DNA of 64,000 nucleotides from NCBI GenBank assembly GCA_964016885.1, contig OZ024742.1, positions 340,008,001 through 340,072,000 on the forward strand, read 5' to 3'. Under the pieces are notes generated by a model that ran no database searches, had not been told where the DNA came from, and saw nothing but the letters and a program-made list of their open reading frames with translations. Source of the stretch: Eledone cirrhosa. Lineage: Eukaryota. Every line of letters starts with the position of its first letter. Within the stretch, counting starts at the first letter, position 1. The position numbers and the translations under genes were made by a program. Positions 57,993 through 64,000 of this stretch are shown here, one piece after another.

Positions 57993-58169
57993 ATATTATA
58001 TTTAGAGATTAAACTCTTAGTCGTTGTATTGTATATATATATATATATACACACATGCATACATATATTTATACACGTACAACACCTATATATATGTATA
58101 AATGTGAGTGTCAATATTTGTGTATACACACAAATATACTCATATTTTATGTTTTCTACTTCATTACAG

Positions 58170-60017
58170 GTACAGCTACAATGAAATCCACAACCGACGG
58201 GTGGCCCTGGGTATCACGTGTGTACAGTGTACTCCGGTACAACTAGAGATGCTGCGACGTGCTGGCGCTATGCCCGTGTCATCACGTCGGTGTGGAATGA
58301 TAACCAAACGCGAGGCAGAACGTTTGGTTCGATCCTTCCTCGAGGAGAATACACCTCCCAAGTTACCGGAAGACTTCAGTTTCAATGTGTACCATGAGTG
58401 CGGCTGGGGTTGCCAAGGCAACTTCCATCCATCACGATACAACAGCTCCCGCGCCAAGTGTATTAAATGTAACTTTTGCAACCTCTTTTTTTCACCGAAT
58501 AAATTTATCTTTCACTTCCACCGGACTGCCAATTCTAAGTATAACCACCCAGATGCCGCCAATTTCAACTCCTGGCGGCGACACCTGAAACTATATGGTG
58601 CGAATACGGAGAAAGAAGAAATAGTGTATGCCTGGGAGGATGTCAAAGCGATGTTTAATGGCGGTGGTCGGAAGCGGTTTCAAGGAAGCACCTCAAATGC
58701 ACACAATCCTAAATCAATTGGCGGCAATTCAGTGGAGCCGGCTAAGAGAAGCAAGCTGGACTGTAGCAGTGAAATAGGTGTATCTAGGACCGCTGGAAGT
58801 ACCGTAAATACTAGCAACAGTGCTTCGGCCGCCGTTAAAGAACGAACTCCTTACCCAATGCCAGACTGTTCCCCGTTTTCTATGTTTTCGAACCATGTCA
58901 GAAATCCTTCTTATCAAACTCAGGCTTCGTATGGATTATCGATATCAAGTACAAACAACACTGACCAGTTGATTCCGGCTATAGCAAACAATCCGTGGGC
59001 TTCGAATCAAACCAACTTCTTGATGGCCACCTACGATAGGTTTTGGGCCAGCCAGTTAGGGTTAACCAGACAGACGTCGGAATACCAAAATAACCCTTAT
59101 TTCACGAAAGCCCTACCGAGGAGAGATATAAAACTCTCCAATGATCTATCGAAACCGTTAAATATGACACCGTCGAGCTCTGAAGAAGAAGATTCAGGGA
59201 CGTCGTCCAGTAACGAAGAGGATTTAAATAAACCTCCTACAGTGGGACACAGGTTGTCGGCGTTTCGACCAGTAAACCCGGCAAACAGCAGGCCCAAATC
59301 TGTAGAAGAACTTGACAGCAGGACTCCGCTGGATATGAAAAGAATTGGTAGCTCTCTGGTGGAGAGATCTCCTCTTTTGGTAGATTCGAACCTGGAAAGC
59401 AGCTATGATGCGCAGGATGATACATGTGTCGAGATTGATGTACTTGATGAGGGTGATGATAAGTGCAGCCAATCAGATATGGTAAAGGACCTATGTGACA
59501 TGAGGGAAGGTAGCAGAACTGACATAGATGACAGTGCAGATCTCAATGGTATTGATGACGTCATCGATAATGATTGCGGTGGCGAGGTTGATAATGACGA
59601 TGAGGACGACGTCGAGGATGACGACGAAGGCAGTGAAGACGGCGGTGAGAATGGCGATGAAGACGTCGTCAACAATGGCCATCATCGTGACAACGAGGAC
59701 GAAGATGAAGGTGGTGGTGGAGGTGGTGGTGGTGCAGGTGGTGGTGGTGGTGGTGGTGGTGGTGGTAGTAGTAGTGGCCGTGGTCGTCGTCGTAATGACG
59801 ACGAAGATGATGATAATAATATTGATGATAATAATGATAATAATAATAATAATAGTGATGATAAAGATAAAGACAATGATAATGCTAGCAATGTCGGAAA
59901 ATGTCGGCAACTGAACAAAGAACGTTATAGAGATAGCACAGAGCAGCATCAAGTACATTTGCATAATCCCCCTCGACAAACATCGCCGTCATCACACCAA
60001 TCACAACAACAACAGTC

Positions 60018-60060
<43 letters not shown>

Positions 60061-60091
60061 CCGCAAACACATCATCGACAGAACCAGCAGC

Positions 60092-60122
<31 letters not shown>

Positions 60123-60167
60123 TCAACTGCAAACACAAACACCATCTTCATCACTAGTACTATCTTC

Positions 60168-60233
<66 letters not shown>

Positions 60234-60714
60234 GCAGCAACAACAACAGCAACACCCACAACAACAACACCAACAATCACAACAGGTACATGTACATGAA
60301 GAACATCTGAAAGTTGAGGTGTCCGATGATGAGAAAGATGTAAGAGGAATGGAGTACACCGGAAGTAGAAAGAGAAAACTGGAGATGATAAAAGACATTA
60401 CAGGTGGGGCAAAGTTAAAAGAGGAGATGAGTCCACACCCGAAACGAGGTGTCGGAGTAATACTAGAAGGTGATGCCGAGGAAGAAGTCAGAGAAGGAGA
60501 AGACTATGTTAGTAATGTTGTCGACGATGATGATGATGATAATGATGATGACGATGTTGGTGATGATGGAAGTGGTGGTGGTGGTGGTGGTGGTGAAGAT
60601 GATGACGACAACGAGATGAGACACAAACCGATGGATGAAACGGAAGGAAACCTCTCAGTAAATGTGGACCGCGTGCGCATGTACCATACACACATTCGAC
60701 AAATTACAGAAAAG
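58170..60714 (+). CDS. SKOR: SKOR large coding exon: rest of Ski/Sno domain, SAND-like SMAD-binding domain, then acidic, poly-G and poly-Q region
   Basis: [49 protein letters not shown]; [31 protein letters not shown]; [13 protein letters not shown]; [11 protein letters not shown]; acceptor TTACAG|G; probable donor AAG|GTAAGA at 60715. Confidence 0.95.
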
Positions 60715-60936
60715 GTAAGAAAACAGTTGATTTAAGTTTTCCTATAAGTGTTCTTAATCGATATATCAATAACTGTAAACATTTATCTGTCGGTCACAAG
60801 AAGACTATCAAAAACAGTTGAAGAATTCATACAAGACAAATGTAAAATGATTTCATTCGCACGAGGACATTTGTCTGTCTTTCTGTCTTTATTTTTCCAT
60901 AACTATATATATATTTGTTATATATATATATATATG

Positions 60937-61174
<238 letters not shown>

Positions 61175-61212
61175 ATATTAACAAATGGAAACTATATTTA
61201 GAAAACCATATT

Positions 61213-61278
61213 TATTCTATTATACATATTTCAAGGGCCATCAAGGCAAATTATGGTGCGCTTTCATCAGATAAAATA
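61213..61278 (-). ncRNA. Type I hammerhead motif, family D
   Basis: Minus: TATTTTAT CTGATGA AAGCGCACCA...TGATGGCCCTT GAAA TATGTA TA ATAGAATA. Confidence 0.75.
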
Positions 61279-61440
61279 CAATACAGATTAGTTTTATAAA
61301 TAAATATTAACATACCCTGAAAAAAAGACAAACTTAACGGTAGGAGATTCCTGGATATTTACTCCACTTCTGTTGAGTGCTTTATATCAGTTATAAAAAT
61401 GTTTAAGCTTGTTGAATCCCAACAAATTAAATATAACCTC

Positions 61441-61641
<201 letters not shown>

Positions 61642-62358
61642 TGGTTACACAACAGTTAGTTCACCATACTGAGAACAATAGTTTCACCTTAGCAGATCCT
61701 CAGCTCGGATTACGAGCTGAGGATATATATATATATATATATAATACAAAATTTAGTACAGTATCATCGAAGCTCTGGTTGCAGCCAAGCTAACGAATGC
61801 AGTCGGGGTGTACAGCTAAGCACTTAATAAGTTATATTAACTTAGAGTTATAACATTACGTTTAGACAGCTTTGCAAATTGAAGACAGCGACCGATAGAC
61901 GGGCCGCAGTGACCAAAGCGACGAAAAAAACTGAACTCAGGATAAAATATGACAAACCTGGCACATCGCGTCGATACCATACACAACACATGATATATAA
62001 TATATAATATAAATTACATATAATATATAATATCTCCGCTAGGTTTCTGTAAATCCGAAATCGACAAAATCCACTTGCAGGGGTCTACAAATTAATGGTT
62101 TTTGGAAGATAGAACAGAGGAATTTACTTCATCAACAAGTTTTTCGTTCTCGTCCGCCCGGGTGTGTATAATAGCAGTAAACACTGGTTCAAGGCACATG
62201 GTTTTCCAGAAGGGAGGTAACTCCCAGTTTTGGCGATCAAATTCAAATTTGGAACAAAGGAATAACATTTCTTTATATATATATATAAAAATATATAAAA
62301 ATATATATATACAAATATATATATATATATTTGTATATATATATATATATATTTGTAT

Positions 62359-62399
<41 letters not shown>

Positions 62400-62562
62400 A
62401 ATATATATATATATAAAAATATATATATCCAAATATATATATATATATCCAAATATATATATATATATATATATTTGGATATATATATATATATTTGGAT
62501 ATATATATTTGGATATATATATATATATTTGGATATATATATTTTTATATATATATATATTC

Positions 62563-62691
<129 letters not shown>

Positions 62692-62904
62692 TATACTGTA
62701 TATATGTTCAATGAAAAAGAGTCAGTTGGGTTATATTCAGCTGACTCATATATAACAAATTTCAAGCACTCGACAGTATCTGTTTAACCGGAGTTTAATT
62801 ATAATTATAATAAACGGAAGACAGTTATTATATGCTTATTAGATACAGATGTAAACACCTCGTCTGACCGCCTGCATATCAAATGATTTCTACACCTCCA
62901 GTGG

Positions 62905-62979
62905 ATTTTGTCTGAAGAGAACATGTTTTGGCTTATGTTATACATAAACCTTGCATCTTAGAAATACGTATAATAAAAT
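62905..62979 (+). ncRNA. Type I hammerhead motif, sense to SKOR
   Basis: ATTTTGT CTGAAGA G AACATG...GGCTTATGT TAT ACATAAACC...CATCTT A GAAA TACGTA TA ATAAAAT; palindromic ATACGTAT. Confidence 0.75.
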
Positions 62980-63087
62980 AAGTTGGGATGGTCTAAAGTA
63001 ACTATCTTTCGTTTATTATTATTATTAGAAAATAAAGTACCAGTAATGCACTGGGTAATTGCTGGCCTTGTGCCAAAAGTAGAAACA

Positions 63088-63337
<250 letters not shown>

Positions 63338-63466
63338 TATATATATATGCGTGTGTGTGCGTGTGTGTTGTGTGTGTGTGTGTGTATCTATATCTATACC
63401 TATATATTCATATATAGGAAAAAGAAGTTGAAAATACATTATAGTCTTTCACAAGATTTACTTAAA

Positions 63467-63556
63467 GTAAATTACCGGTTTCACAAGTTTAATGATTTTC
63501 AAAACTTACGAAAGATAGAGAAATGTGTGGCTATGACAACTTGTGACACGATTTAC
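63467..63556 (-). pseudogene. Decayed hammerhead motif
   Basis: Minus: GTAAAT [CGTGT instead of CTGAnGA] CACAAGTT...AACTTGT GAAA CCGG TA ATTTAC; stems intact, core broken. Confidence 0.5.
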
Positions 63557-63741
63557 ACATCTGAAACGGCTAAAGTTATAAATTATTGACAATAAACTTT
63601 CTTAAAGACTCCAATTGCATTTTCAACTTATTTTCCTATATTTTTACCTATCTGGAATACATCAAAGCCTTACTTTCGAATACACACGCAACTCACAAAT
63701 ATATATATATATATCAAGCGCGAGAGAGCAAGAGAGAGAGA

Positions 63742-63846
<105 letters not shown>

Positions 63847-64000
63847 TATGTTTAGGAAATAGTGAAATAGTGTTCGGGATGTGAATATTGACTTAGAAGT
63901 TGTCACCATAATATTGGCTAGAGAGACTAGTCTAATCTGCTCAGTGGCATTGTACGTCCCATTTATTATTAGACTATGTCGGTGGAATGGCAGTATCGGT

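Noticed and set aside
58108-58169. ORF-track start of the 875-aa ORF
   Set aside because: Intronic, non-ATG; the real exon starts after the acceptor at 58169
62102-62270. Possible next SKOR exon
   Set aside because: No recognisable SKI-family coiled-coil similarity or convincing splice sites; runs into (TA)n

Overview
Eukaryotic, microsatellite-saturated animal DNA. It is most likely from an octopus or other coleoid cephalopod, inferred from the SINE families and (TA)n/(CA)n density. The only real protein-coding gene is a SKOR/CORL/Fussel-type SKI-family corepressor on the + strand. Its coding exons are 52396-53372 and 58170-60714, joined in phase 2 (LLNK|[10 protein letters not shown]), and further 3' exons probably lie beyond the window. 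Nearly all other ORFs in the track are repeat artefacts. The rest comprises tRNA-derived SINEs, Tc1/mariner MITEs, one non-autonomous Helitron with an empty-site twin, RTE, L1/Tx1 and CRE-clade LINE 3' fragments, and several minisatellites. The main hidden signal is a dense set of type I hammerhead ribozyme (HHR) motifs: CTGAnGA - stem II - GAAA - short, often palindromic stem III - TH - stem I. By eye there are about 13 with an intact core plus many decayed or half copies, in about 10 unrelated sequence families. They sit in short non-coding elements wedged into (TA)n tracts and are often folded back into inverted repeats. This fits Penelope-like pLTR remnants or retrozyme-like non-autonomous elements. 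Several have very long stem II arms and a mismatched 10.1:11.1 position. All folding was done by hand and cleavage activity is untested.
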